A stretch of 63,786 nucleotides of DNA, filler included, from Salisapilia sapeloensis CBS 127946 (Eukaryota; Protista; Oomycota): NCBI GenBank assembly GCA_023334545.1. It is 6 parts of 6 records of this genome, joined end to end, with 100 filler letters (N's around TTAATTAATTAA, not from the genome) between each part and the next. Parts side by side here need not be neighbours in the genome. Positions count along the whole stretch, not along the records: positions 30,721 to 61,630 come from JAADVB010000219.1; 5 more parts are not named here. One strand, 5' to 3'. A program made the translations under genes and the position numbers. This document shows, piece by piece, positions 45,590-58,300 of the stretch. The notes beneath the pieces are model-generated. The model did no database searches, was not told the DNA's origin, and saw only the letters and a program-made list of their open reading frames with translations. Position 1 is the first letter of the stretch. Every line of letters begins with the position of its first letter.

Positions 45590-46717
45590 ATGGAAAACCG
45601 CGAAAGTGAGAGCATGCAGGACGGGCCGATGGAGGATCCGTGTGTCATTGGCAGTGAAGATGAAACACCCGAGCTGACTCGAGGACTCACACAGGTTGAA
45701 CTGCGGTACGAGCGTCTCGAGGCAGGCGACACGATTGAATATTACTCGATGGTAGAAAGCACTGCAGATGCAAGTTTTTAATGCGCTGGATGCTGATGCA
45801 TGTGCTAGCTGTTCGTCAGTGGAGATGCAAGAGGGTATCGAGTTGCCAAGATTTTGAGAGTGCTTAGCGATGATAAGCGCTTTCCACTTCGTCTCGATAC
45901 ACAAGAACTGTACGCCTTGTTTTCATGTAGCACAAAGCACTGATCTAATGCAATGCATGTAGACTTCCATCGACACTGCTCGTTCGGAGGAAGCGAAACA
46001 AGCAGGAGGATGCTATACCAAACTATGGTACTCGCCTTCACCACTTCTATCATTAATAACTGCGTAATTGTATCGTACTAGATCGTACGTGGCGCAAGAT
46101 TCGGACCTTCGACCTCATCCAGAGCTCAGTGGAAGGCACGACCAGATCGGTCGAACTGAACAAGTCCATTGGCAAGGTATGCGGACAAATCTCTACATCC
46201 AACACTAGTATCATACTGAAAATGCTTCTAGCACGTCCAATCAGCCATTCAAACCGCTTTTGCCAACATGCGACGCAAGTCTCAGCCATCCCATCTCGAC
46301 GCCTCTCCGATAGAACTGGATTCTCCACGTCCGTCCGCGTCACCAAAACGTTTAAAAACGCTCCAAACACAAAAGCACGTGCGTACATCGTCTCATCCTT
46401 CGCCACGACGCATCCAACCGAAGAAACGACCTCGGCCGAAAAGCAAACTACCTCTAGATACGTTCATCAAGCAAGTGGAAGAAGTCGAGCATTCATTTAC
46501 TCTTTATCCGAGTGAAAAATCATCTGATGGAGATGACGGACGTCCAAGTAAACCGAGGCTTTTGACCTTGAATACGAATTTACCGGAAGAAAACACCAAA
46601 GTACAGAAGCGAAAGGACCATCTCAGTTTCATGCGTGAGGATAAAGCCATTGTCTCGCCAAAAAGACGGAAGAAAGAGTCGAAACAACTAGTGCTAGACT
46701 TTGGACGGAAAGAGTAG
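45590..46717 (+). CDS. Conserved oomycete hypothetical protein (about 5 exons) with basic low-complexity tail
   Basis: GT-AG splicing links LEAGDTIEYYSM / LFVSGDARGYRVAKILRV..FPLRLDTQE / TWRKIRTFDL / HVQSAIQTAFANMRRK into ORF 46268..46717. Confidence 0.6.
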
Positions 46718-46737
46718 AGGATCGACGCGTTTGGACG

Positions 46738-47829
46738 TTACGACGCAGCGAGACGAAAGCCTCCGTCCGTTTCACGCCAGACGCCCAGGAGATAGCACAG
46801 TCGAATGAGCACAATCTCCCGTAGCATCGTCAAGCTCGCTGCCACGACGCTCAGTTTGGATCCAGGTACCTCATGCCACTGCACTGCCACCTCCTGCAGT
46901 CAAGATTAGCCACCTAGAATATGTGTCCTGACAAAGGGAACCAACCTGGATGGTGAGTCCTCTCGCTTGTGCCAAGTACAGCAGTTCGACGTCGAAGGCC
47001 CATCGCTCCACGTGCATCGGTGGGAACAAGAGTCGGGCAGCCGTTCGATCCAGTAGCTTGAATCCGCACTGCGTGTCCCGCACATTCTTGACGCACATGG
47101 TCGATACTAGAACATGGAAGCCGTACATGAGTAGATTTCGAAGCGGGTTGCGCTTAGCGATGGCCTGTTCTTCTAAATGTGCTCGACTTCCACATACGAT
47201 CACTCCTTGCGTCTTGTCCGCTACGCTTTGCATTGCTTTCTCCAGTTTCAGTAGATCTTTAATGTCCGTAGCGTTGTCTGCATCCGCAAAGAGGATCTTG
47301 TAGCCTTTGGAACGCAAGACACCGATGCGGATGGCACCTCCCTTGCCTCGGTTTTCCGGTAGTCGAACGATGTGGACGTTGGACTCGTCCCACTCCTTCA
47401 GCGACCGCTGCACAGCTCCGATCGTGTCGTCACTGCTGCAGTCGTCCACCACGATTATCTCATAAGAAAAGTCTCTACTAGCTATGCGTTAGCCTTCACG
47501 TGGTAGTCTACGATATCGAGGTCTTACGGTTGAGACTGCTGACGGTGATGGAGGAACGAGAGCGTATCTGATAGCATAGATGGAATCCGATCTTCTTCAT
47601 TATAGGCGGGTATGATTACCGACAAGGATGTCAAGTTGGTGTTGTCCGATAGTGAACCTACGGCGGATGCATGCGTGCGGCCAGAGGGACTGGCGACTTG
47701 TGGTGTATTGCGACCCGTGGCATCGTCACGAGCTAGTCGCTTTGCCTGCTTGATGGGATCGCTAATCCAGTAGACTAGTATGAACGTGGCGATGGGTAGA
47801 GGCAAGAGTGCCACGTAAAGCAGTGTCAT
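46738..47829 (-). CDS. ALG5: Dolichyl-phosphate beta-glucosyltransferase (3 exons)
   Basis: N-terminal TM; LSVIIPAYNEEDRI; VVDDCSSDDT; NRGKGGAIRIG; LFADADNAT; GSRAHLEE; DTQCGFKL; RWAFDVELL; last exon EVAVQWHEVPGSKL..MLREIVLIRLCY. Confidence 0.95.
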
Positions 47830-48657
47830 TGCAAGAAAGCGCAAGTATGCTGACGACGCGCACAAGATACTGACAGCTACTTGCTATTGATCTGCCGTGA
47901 CTTTTTATTCGCACATGAACACTACACTAAATTGAACAGGTTTTGGTCATCTAGGACGAAAGGTGTCTATGCAGTCTTTCATGTCTTTCATGTAGAGCGT
48001 TGTCGACTATACGCACCAAGTTACAGGCTTAAATCCTATTCCATACGTCGATCAACTATCATCCCGTGGCAAGAGGAAAGTGAACGCGAAAACGATGAAA
48101 AGAAAAAGCATGAAACTAGTACAAATTCCAACTGCATCGAGTAGCGCAATGCTTTCGTACATAAGCTATCGGGTCACATACAAACAACTATTAAAATTGG
48201 GAAGAGCATCAGAATTTGAGTTATCTGTACACATTGGTAGCGAGTCGACTAAAACTCTTTCAGAGTAGCTGATTCAAATAATGCATCATTTGCTCGAGTG
48301 TGGTGTATTATGCAATGGACATGTAAGTCAATCTTCGATTGGAAGGCTAGATACAGTGTCAGCAGGAAGCTTCACCGGTACAACGCTGATTGGGAAATGA
48401 TACATTAGCTGTAAGGATGGCGAGCTGTGGCCAGTTATTCCTGAGGTTGCTCGACGGTTGATTGTATATCCATACATTATCGGACATTACCTTCCGACGA
48501 CATTAGTAGCTTAAATTGCCGATTCTACCGACGATGCTTCCAGTGCTGACAAAAAGTGCAATCCGAGTTCGTATCGACTTAGAAAAAACTACCAAACCCG
48601 TGTTTAAGCGGAGTAGCTTAAAAGCATATTTCTAAGATAGGAAAAATAAAAGAAGTT

Positions 48658-48728
48658 TGCGCCGTCCGGGAATCGAACCCGGGGCATCTCGATGGCAACG
48701 AGATATTTTACCACTAAACCAACGGCGC
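48658..48728 (-). tRNA. tRNA-Gly(GCC), copy 1
   Basis: GCGCCGTTGGTTTAGTGGTAAAATATCTCGTTGCCATCGAGATGCCCCGGGTTCGATTCCCGGACGGCGCA; 71-nt cloverleaf with anticodon GCC. Confidence 0.96.
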
Positions 48729-49738
48729 TTGTTGAAGCCTACTATGGATTTGTAATATATAATTTTAATTACACCATTCGAATCATTTGCTCACAATCTT
48801 GCAAGAAGTTGCATTTCTTTATGAATTTAGTCGTAGCTTGCCCAGTTTAGAAAATCGGAGAAAAAGTTATAGTACAGCGTGCTAGTGATAAAGAACTTTT
48901 AGACGATCGTACTGTGAAAGGGGTTGTGATGTCTACAGAAGCCTACTATACAGAGAATACAATCTAGTACAGTGACAAGTAGCTTGAACGGTTTTCCATA
49001 CAAAAACAGAAAGCAAACGTATCTAATACTGAGAAGTACTTCGCTATACTTGATTTTAATATCAAATTTTATTCGGTATTTCTGCTAATTACACCTGGCG
49101 CCGCGCGAGTCAGTAGGCGCCAGATACAGAAACTCCAAAGTGTTCTTGCAGTAGCAGCCCAACCAATTATACTCTTCTATTTCCATGCGTAGTCTTCTAT
49201 ATGATAGACGATAGATTTTCGACCTGACCGACATCCAGCGACCTCAACTGTTGATCTAAACTGTAACTTCTTCTACTACAGATTGCTTCCGTTGCTCTAA
49301 GTTCCATGAGCTATATATCCACTACTCCTAAATTTTAAGAAGCATCCACTCTTGGCTTTAAGCCTAGCGCGTTGCAAAGAAGGATAGGACTTTTTGTGTA
49401 TTTATTCAATTTTAATTCACACATTAAGCAGAAGAAGGAAACTTATTAAGACAAGAATTGCCTTCACATACCCTACTTTGGTAGTAGAGTCGCTGGGACG
49501 TTCAGACTCTACAATTTCGTCTTAAAAAGCTATGTTATCTACTTTGTACTCAACATTAGCATTCAGGAACACTTCATTTGCCCACAAACCGCGTTTATCG
49601 ATACCTCTACAAAAGTCGACGATATTTTCAGCATCTTCGAATGTATTGGGCTCAAAATAGTTCACAGTCCCTTTCACACAGCGTAAATATAATTGAAAAA
49701 TATATGAATACTTTTTTAAATGTAGTGGTTTCTAACAA

Positions 49739-49809
49739 GCGCCGTTGGTTTAGTGGTAAAATATCTCGTTGCCATCGAGATGCCCCGGGTTCGATTCCCG
49801 GACGGCGCA
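49739..49809 (+). tRNA. tRNA-Gly(GCC), copy 2
   Basis: Identical to copy 1. The 51-nt 3' flank 49810..49860 matches copy 1 flank 48607..48657 at 48/51. Confidence 0.96.
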
Positions 49810-50042
49810 AACTTCTTTTATTTTTCCTATCTTAGCAATATGCCTTTAAACTACTCCGCTCGACAAGTATAATTAACTCAATGTGCTAAAAGATATTAAT
49901 TCTATTTAGCACTAAGTTGTAGATAAACCAGTATGAATACTTATGGAAGTTTTGCAATTTGAATGACTAAGGTCGCTTGCGAAGGACTACACCGTGTAGC
50001 TTAATGAATCCACAATGTAGTGATCACTCTTTCTTTCCTTTT

Positions 50043-51573
50043 TTATCCCTCAGTGGCTGTATCATCCTGCCGGAGTCGTAGCTCGGTCATCTTCAGCCAC
50101 GCCAGCTGTCGGCCACGTTCTTGGTCGTTCAGATCAAGCTCCGATATGCTACCCCTCCAAACTTTTTCAATCATAGTATCCACTTCTTCTTCACCATTCG
50201 TTTAATCTCGTGCTATATTGCCTCCGTGGGAAAATTGTCTTTTAGATTCAACAACCTGAGCAGCATCATTCGAGGATGTCAGTTGGGCGAACGTGCTTAG
50301 CGAGCCTCAGGTTGAAGATCTAAGTTGATCACAATCAAAATCATACACTTCGCCAGAGCAGGATTTCTTGTCTAAAAGATCACTCGGTTCATCCGTCAGC
50401 TGAGAGATTCTGGAAGGCTCAACGAAGGTAGAGCCACTACCATCTTTTTCATACCGTCCAGCTCGAATTTCTTGTCGAGCTACTTTATAGGAGCTGACTT
50501 GATCAGTGAACTGGTCACAAGTAGGGCACAGGCGAATCTTCTTGGTCATTAGCTTTAGATTAGGAATGACCTCGAGTAGCTCCAGGGAAAAATACATTTT
50601 CCACAAATTGGCGAATCGCACAAACTGCACGAGTAGGCTTTACGTAAGGTACCAAACCGCTTTTTGCAGGATCGACACTCCAACTTGCTTTCAGTTTCAT
50701 TGGCTCCAATAAACCCGATTACATCATTCTTGTTTGCGTTCTTTCTCTGAAGAAGCCACGAAAGCTTCTTTCGCTTCGCACACTGGACAGATGCCCAGGT
50801 ATCCATGAGTGCATTGGCCAGGTTGGCAACAGCAATGGAGTCGAGAAAGTTATTTTCGAATACTTCGTAATAACCTTTGACGAGCACTTCAACCGATTGG
50901 TACGAAATGGGCTTGAAGAGAACGCAAGATGTAAGACGAGTACGTATCACGCTTCGTCCTTCAAGCGAAGGGGTAGAAGGTAGATCAATTGAGTGCAGGA
51001 GATTATAACCAATGCGGTCATCTTTACTGACTTGGAGAACTCCAGTCGCTCGGACATAAACACCGTCTCGGGCTTTGAATACCCCTCGGAGTGCTGGAGT
51101 TGGATTAGCAGAACTCCATTGGAGAACCGTGCAACGATAAGGATGCTCCAGAGTTGGTTTTTTAATTGTCGCGAGAATCTGGACATTTGTTATTGGCGAA
51201 TCCAGTTGGCTTATACCTTGTAGAATTGATGCTTCGTCTCCGTATGCGAGACCAAGTTGGATGTCATCGATATTTTTGAGATAGTTCCAGTGCCCACGAT
51301 CACGCGATGCATCTTTCAACCAGCACTATCGATGTGTGAATCTTTCACCACTCGACGAGAAGGATGCCGCTCACGGTACATAGTAACATTGTCGGATGAC
51401 TTAATCGGTTTCCAGCGTTTGCCGCCCATTTCCCGAGGTACTGAGCGATTGGACTTTCGGTAATGTCGGAGAGCTTTATGGACTAGTATGATAGCAATGT
51501 GCTTGCAATCGGCCTTCTTTGTATCCGAGTGGTCAAAGCCTACATAAGCGTCCGCTGTCCATTGAGTGGTCAT
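50043..51573 (-). pseudogene. START-FYVE family pseudogene, copy 2 (full length, multiple lesions)
   Basis: Split over ORFs 51316..51573, 50555..51319 and 50307..50630. TGG>TGA at 51316-51318, several frameshifts and further stops. START-like region, FYVE-like CRSC..CSLC..CGKC..CPTC, and tail ELDLNDQERGRQLAWLKMTELRLRQD. Confidence 0.88.
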
Positions 51574-53076
51574 GGCTTCGAGGGTAGAACCGGCGTGCTA
51601 ATTTGGAAATGGTACGACGGTGGAGTGCCAATCCTTTAGTTGGAAACGGTACGACGGGAATTGCTGCTTGCGTGCCTCATATACCACTTTAAATTGCGGT
51701 TAGTTGGCCTCCTGCGGGGTATTATAGCATACCTCGGACAAAAAGCGAGCAATGAACTTGAACATTTGGATGCTTGTGACTGTCCAATTGCAATTTGATG
51801 CTGTATCTGCTATGTCGATTCCTAATCAAGTGATGACTTTCTAAAGCGAGAAATCCGGTATGCACCCTAGAGGGACCCAGTATTCGCTCCTTCATCGACT
51901 TTGCCATCTTTTGACTATAATCCGTCCATGGGATGCATCTCTGGAGGGCTATCTTTGGTGTGATCTTGCGAGAAAAACAATACGAAGGCTTACTTGTTAT
52001 TTTAATTAATAATACTTAAGAGGTTAAATTATTATGAAAGGTCAAGCGGATTGAAGGCTACTTCAAAAATAACCAGTAACATGAGGTATGGAAACTTGGA
52101 CTTTGTCGTGCGATTTGACTGATATAACTTTTCAATTTGAGCCCGAGAGATACGAATACGTTATACGATTGATTATCACACATGTATAAAGGATTGAGGC
52201 AGTATAAGGCGTCGATGCCCTCTTAGAAGTTGGAACTAACGTCAGGTATCGCTGCATCAAGGGTTCTATTTCGTTCTTGGGTATCATTACGTCCTAAAGA
52301 AAAATCAACGCCCCGTCAGTAGATTGGGTTTTATAAAATAGCAAATAGCAACTGCGGGTACCTGTAAAGGACCCCGTATGCCCTGCTACTGCCTTTCGCG
52401 CGACGAGGGGAGTAGGTAGCTGACTAAATTGATAATACAAATACAAAAAGCAGCAATTAATGTAGGTATCTCTGGTGAATATCCATAAAATATAAATTGA
52501 GAGCTAATGTTGTCGAGGAGTGGATATAGTTGGCGCACGTGAATGATAAAAATAAGGCAACTTGAAGTAAAACACTATCCAACACCTTCATCGCTTAAAG
52601 GGGTTTCAGCAGAAGTTACAATAAATGAAACCCCTACCAACAAAGGAAGGCTTTCAGACACCATACGTTATATCCACCACAAGACAGCTATTATGCCTTT
52701 TAAGTAGTCAGCTCAGAAACAGCAACCATCAGGGGGATCAAATTTGCAAATTTTGCGTTTGATATTAAGCAATCTCCTGCTCGAACTTTAAGGAAGCTTG
52801 TGTCCTAATTATCAGCCCGTTCAAAGCTAAAACTGAGCAGGTCCATTTGCTTATTTTAAATTAAATTGAAGTTCAGTGGAAGCTGCCATTTAAAGAGTCG
52901 ATCCGTTGCTCAAATTTAAAGCCACCTCCAGAGATGGCTTGCATGAGATCTAATAATAAGAAAGATTCATGCGTGCGAGAAAGCATGAGCAGAGCCTCCA
53001 TCTAAGCAGGATTTTAGAAACTTTGACCCCTCTCCTCGCAATAAAACTTTGCAAAGCAAAATAATATAAAGAAATT

Positions 53077-53147
53077 TGCGCCGTCCGGGAATCGAACCCG
53101 GGGCATCTCGATGGCAACGAGATATTTTACCACTAAACCAACGGCGC
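53077..53147 (-). tRNA. tRNA-Gly(GCC), copy 3
   Basis: Identical 71-nt sequence; only short flank similarity (TTCAACAA upstream). Confidence 0.96.
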
Positions 53148-53441
53148 TTGTTGAAACATAGCTCAATAGTATAATAAAAATATTAAACAAAATGATTTTG
53201 TATGCTTGCTTGTGCAATTGCTTCTGCACAACTTATTTTGTATGGAAACTTGGCGTTGATTGTCAACTAGAAGGACAAACCAGATTAATTGCTTATCAAA
53301 TGCCGCGCTGTGAATAGTAGGAAACTGTTTTTGACACGCCATAAATCCGACAATATACTTTATTGAGCTCATTATCATTGCCACTAAAGTCAGGCTTTAT
53401 ATTCTACTTGAACATCTACAATACGTTTGTGTACTCTGTGC

Positions 53442-54530
53442 TTAAGCTCCGTAAGAAAATAGTCGCTGGGGAGAAATGAGTGGTGGCTGAAGAGGTGGAG
53501 GGGCCATCGATGAACTGGATTCGTTCACAGGAGACACTACAGGCAGAGGAGCCGATGTCCCATTGGTTTTCGCACTCAATTTCGTATGTGCACAGCAGTA
53601 ACCTGAGCGCTGGGCCCATTTAGGACACCCTCTGTAGTCACAACGTTTTCCTCCTCCATGTGATCGGCACAACCGATTTTGGTGGGCATTTTTGGTGCAT
53701 CCAGTCACAGTGCACAATCTTCCTCCGCCATGAGACTTACATAATCCTTTCGTTTGTGCGAACTTAGAGCAGCCCTCGCGTTTACATCGAGATCCTCCTC
53801 CGTGCTCTGGGCACTTACCACGACTCAGTGCTGATTTATTACAGCCATCTACAATGCAGACCTTCCCGCTGTGGCGGTTGCAGAAGCCTCCAGACCGTCG
53901 GAGATTCGAGCAGTCTGGATATGCGCACCGTGTCTGCTTTTTGTCCACAATGTTATATCTTCCGCTGCCTGTGATACAATTCGATCGGTAGTTTTCGGTA
54001 TTCCTCCTTTTCTTGAACGAGGGCAATGATAATGTTGGCAAAGGTGGAGGAGCCAATGTGGATGTGAAAGGTCCCAAAGTCTTTGTGAATGGTCGCGAGT
54101 AGGATAGATCGTTAAATGAAAATGAGCTCGATTCATGCTCTTGAAGTAACTTTGACGGTGAAGCTTTCAAATCCTGAACAAATATTCTTGGAGGAGAGAT
54201 AAGAGGTAATGGTGGTGGTGATGGAAGTGAGTGCGCGAACGTCGGGCTTCCACTCGGTCTAAATGCCATTTGTCTGCTTCCAGCTGATGCGCCATGATTA
54301 TCCAGGTACAATGAAGGAATTGAAATGTCCATTGGTCTCTGAATACGTCGACTGATGGACGAGGAAGAGAAAGTTGGGGCTTGCGTGAAAGATGACTTGG
54401 AAGACGCGTTCAGGTTTTGTGGGGAAGGAAGATCACAGTCGAGCAGTAACTCCTTAAGCAAGTCATTTTCATCCACATTAGAAGAATAGGTAGAGCTTTC
54501 GTGATCTGGTTCGGGATAATTGAAGAACAT
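53442..54530 (-). CDS. Oomycete 'WRKY19-like' tandem C3H/CxxxxC..CxxH zinc-finger protein
   Basis: Five repeats of C-x4-C-x8-C-x2-H-GGG (e.g. CIVDGCNKSALSRGKCPEHGGG). Ser/Pro-rich N-terminus and no WRKYGQK. INR-FPR-like CCATTCGCCTATTTCC about 70 nt upstream. Confidence 0.85.
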   Translation of the reverse strand: MFFNYPEPDHESSTYSSNVDENDLLKELLLDCDLPSPQNLNASSKSSFTQAPTFSSSSISRRIQRPMDISIPSLYLDNHGASAGSRQMAFRPSGSPTFAHSLPSPPPLPLISPPRIFVQDLKASPSKLLQEHESSSFSFNDLSYSRPFTKTLGPFTSTLAPPPLPTLSLPSFKKRRNTENYRSNCITGSGRYNIVDKKQTRCAYPDCSNLRRSGGFCNRHSGKVCIVDGCNKSALSRGKCPEHGGGSRCKREGCSKFAQTKGLCKSHGGGRLCTVTGCTKNAHQNRLCRSHGGGKRCDYRGCPKWAQRSGYCCAHTKLSAKTNGTSAPLPVVSPVNESSSSMAPPPLQPPLISPQRLFSYGA

Positions 54531-55307
54531 TGTCACGGCCGATTCGAGGAAGATGACAGTGGGGCAGTTATATAAACGTGCGGCTTGACAGGTTGATGGG
54601 AAATAGGCGAATGGCACTCGAAAGTAGTCTGGCTGAATTGAGGTGATTGCTCCGCTTGAAGCAGGCGAACAAGCTTTCTCAGTAAAACCTTTCTCGGTGA
54701 ATAGGCTCGCTTACTCGTGGAAGCAGTCAGCACCTAAAGAGGCTCTTGGGGGAAAACGCTTCACCACAAAACTTGACGAGACTGCTCGCAAAAAAATCCT
54801 TGGGACTTGTCTTTTTGTAACGACCCAATCCCACCTTAGCATCTTGTTCTTGTAGCCGCCGGATGATCTATTGGCACCCTTTAGGTAGTAACTCCGCACC
54901 TATAAATAGAGCGTTGCTTCCGCACGAGTCTATACAATTCTTCATCCAGTTTCACGACGCGTCAGCATGCTTCGACTCGACACTTAGACCCGGAAAGATC
55001 ACCAAGAGACCAGAGGTCGGACCTTTGGTGCTGGCAGTTACCTAGTCGAAGGCTGTTCAGAGCAATCCAAAGTGTGGTGTCAACGCCTCGGATCTACATA
55101 AAGAATCGAAAAAATCCAAAGTTGCCAAAAGTCTGACAAGCAACAACGAAAATGAGATCGTGTTCTACTTGGCTGATTTGAATTGTGGCGACCTACTGAC
55201 GTCCTTCTCTATATGCGCGTATGCACGACATAACTTAGCCTCCTCTCCACCATCGCATACCGCCAAGATATGTTTGCTCTATTGCTTGCACGAAGTTTCC
55301 ACTACTC

Positions 55308-58300
55308 TTACGCGCCTGCGCTCGAGGCGTCCTTTGCCTTCTTCGCAGCTTTAATCCGATGCAACTCATCCATCTTGATCGGATGTTTGCAAACTGGACA
55401 CGACGTGTACCCATCTTTCTCCATCTATCGCAAGCCATCAAGAGTGTTAGTACAGCCAATACGTTACAAGATACATCCCCAAGTGGGAAGTAGACGTACC
55501 GTTTTCCAGCACTGGAGGCAGCAAATGTGCCCACAATGCGATGCAAATGCCTTGCGTACTAGCTGGAAACAGACAAAGCACTGTGGGTCATCCACGATCG
55601 TCGCTTGTTCGTCGCCGCGTCCTCTCTTCCGCTTTTGCATTTGAAGTCGCCCAAAGACATCGTACAAGCCAGTCTGACCACTCGTCGCAATCTCGAGCCC
55701 TTTGGCCTTTACGCTATCGACAAACTTCTTGCTAATATCAGACCTGCCTAGCACTTGCGGCACTAAACTACGTAGTGGCTGGCACTTGACTGCGCTCAAA
55801 AGTTCACAAAGACTGTCGATGGAGGCGTCCACATCGCTCTTATCATGCAGCTTCCGAATGAGTGCGTAAAGAGATGTCACCTCGTCTTCTTGCAGTACCT
55901 GTCGAGCTACTTTTGGAAATTTTTCTGCCATCGTATTCCCATTTGATGAACTTGCCTTGGTCTTTGTTGGCGTGTCAGACTTATTGCGGCTCCTAGTCAT
56001 GTCGGTGCTAGGCTCGGATCGTTTTACAAGTGACGAAGTAGATGTGACCATAGGTCCGCTCGAGAGGACTGAGCCAAGACTCTTCTTTTCTGGTACAGAA
56101 GATTTCATCTGCATCAATTGGGCGATTGCACTCGGCTTGGACTCTGTTGCGTTCGTCTGCAACAGACTTGGATTTACATACGTCTGTCCGTCGCCTCCGA
56201 TAGATTCTCTCGTACTTGAAACTGAACTAGCCTGAGATAGACTTATGTCGCACTTGGACAGCCCAGTGGACCTCGGAGCGACCACAGGTACATTAAGAGA
56301 TGGTTGCTTTGACCCATTCTTCTTGAAGAAGCGAGTGAGACCAATGTGTGCTTCTCCATACTTTCGGCAGACGCGACAGTAAGGCTGCAGCCACTTGGAC
56401 AGTGTCTTTTGCTGCTGATCCAACGCGAAGCGCTCATCCAGCAGGATTATGGCTCCGTAGTCATGTCGATGGCGAATGACACGACCTACAGCCTGATTGA
56501 CAGCTCTAGATGCCTGTTGGACGTACCAATGGTTACCTGTCAACTTGTAGTCTCCTGGACTCACATGCGCTTCATCCAGCACATGCTTCTTCAGAATCAC
56601 TCCAGGGTCTTTCGTCGGTGCAAACGGCAGCCCAGTGATCACCACTGCTCTACCTTTATCATTGGAAAAGTCGATGCCTTCGCTCACTTTGCCTCGACAC
56701 ACAGCAAAGAAGACTGCTCCTCCTTGTCTCCGTTGAATGGCATTCTCATAGTCTGACACCGTTTGCTGGAATTCCACTCGACCTCGTGGCTCCGTAAACG
56801 TATCTTTATGCTGTTGGATTCTATCCCAAATGGACATTTCAGACTCATTCACACCCCTTCGTTGCCACCTCTCGACTGTCTGTTCCAAGATCGTATACGA
56901 CGGGAAGAAGACCAGGAGACCTTTTGGCACGAGGCGTGTAAAGTTCACAATCGTGTTGCCTAGTTCGAGCAAATACGTCTCAGTCGATCGGAAGTTATAG
57001 CTCGAGTTCAGACGCTGGCCGGTGACACCCGTGCCGACGACGCCACACCAGACTTGAGACGTGTCGACCACATGGTTGTTCTCGAGACGTATGGGGAATG
57101 GGATACCAAGCTCCTTTGCTGTCGTTTCGAGAGGAGAGAGCGTACCACTCGTCAAGACAAGATTGTACACCTGGTTCTCGCAAATCTCGCGGAAGGCGAC
57201 GCCAGGGTCAAAGCACCAGTAGTTGAATACACGCGTCTTTTGCTTTTTCGTGGAGAAACTTCCAGTGTGTTGCGTGGCTACAGTGCTCTCTTGGATATGG
57301 ACACGATACTTGTTTGCAGCTTGGATATGATTTTTCTTGTTTCGAAAGACAGTTCCGAGGAAATCGACCAAAGTATCCAATTTCGACGCATTCTTGTTTT
57401 CGTTTTCATTGTTCGAGACCTCGACGATCTCCTCGACGATACTCAGGACGAGAGGACAAGTTTCAAAGTTCACATTAAACTGTTGGAAAAACTCAAATAT
57501 GTATGCACCAGGTTTGGTAAAACCTCCTGTCGACGATAGAGGAAAGCTGTGAAGACCCTTGTCGATCTCCAATAGTAGTGCTCGTAATGTTCCGACAGTC
57601 TGACAGTAAGTAGGATTAATGCATGTTCTATAGCTTGTCTTGATGTATCGTACCTCAGAAGTTAGCTTGCTGGTAGCTGAAACCGAAAGGCGTCCATTAG
57701 ATAATTTGTTCATGAACTGCTCTACTTCTGCTACACATCCTGCGATATCACTTGACGACAGCGTATACGACGCAGCATCACTTGCCACAGATTCCTACTC
57801 AATCATTCATAAGCAGTCTGTACGACAAGAGAATCGATTTATAAATACATACGACGTTATGTGCTTCATCAAAGATGAGGACCGAGTTCTCAAGCGAGAT
57901 CCCGATCGACCTTCTTGCCAACGGATCGATCAAGTAGTTGTACGGAACAAAGAGTATCTCTGCGTCTGGGATAATATGCCGACAGAGGAAGAAAGGACAG
58001 ACTTTCTTTGCCTTCATCTTGTCCACGAGCTCTTCAATGTCCATGATCGGTTGAGACTTCTGCTCGTCCTGTTTCTTAATCTTGTCAAAGCCTCGTTTGA
58101 ACTCACAAGTTCTCTTCTTGGTCGCTTGCCGACAAGCCATATTTTGCTGTGTGCCTTTCATATTGGATATCTTTTCATGCACGCATAAGTGCTCTCTTGA
58201 GCCCAGCACAGCTGATTTGGGTCGGTAGCTAGTATTCTTTAATTCCTGCACGACTTGCTTTAACTGAGAATGCGTGCGTGAGGAGTAAATGATTCTAGGA

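Noticed and set aside
46268-46717. Eco1/ESCO2 acetyltransferase
   Set aside because: QLVLDFG is followed by a stop. There is no C2H2 finger or GNAT domain, and ALG5 occupies the downstream sequence.
49095-52635. Small hairpins CTGGCGCC..GGCGCCAG (49095..49123) and AGGGGTTTCA..TGAAACCCCT (52599..52635)
   Set aside because: 8-10-bp stems are expected by chance in 64 kb, and there is no target-site duplication or second copy.
17900-53147. Functional link between the GlyRS gene and the tRNA-Gly trio
   Set aside because: They lie ~30 kb and several gaps apart. The tRNAs are cytosolic type (A73), whereas the enzyme looks bacterial/mitochondrial (bacterial tRNA-Gly has U73). Probably coincidence.
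53442-54530. True WRKY transcription factor
   Set aside because: No WRKYGQK motif. Only the GGG-linked Cys/His repeats commonly mis-annotated as WRKY19-like are present.
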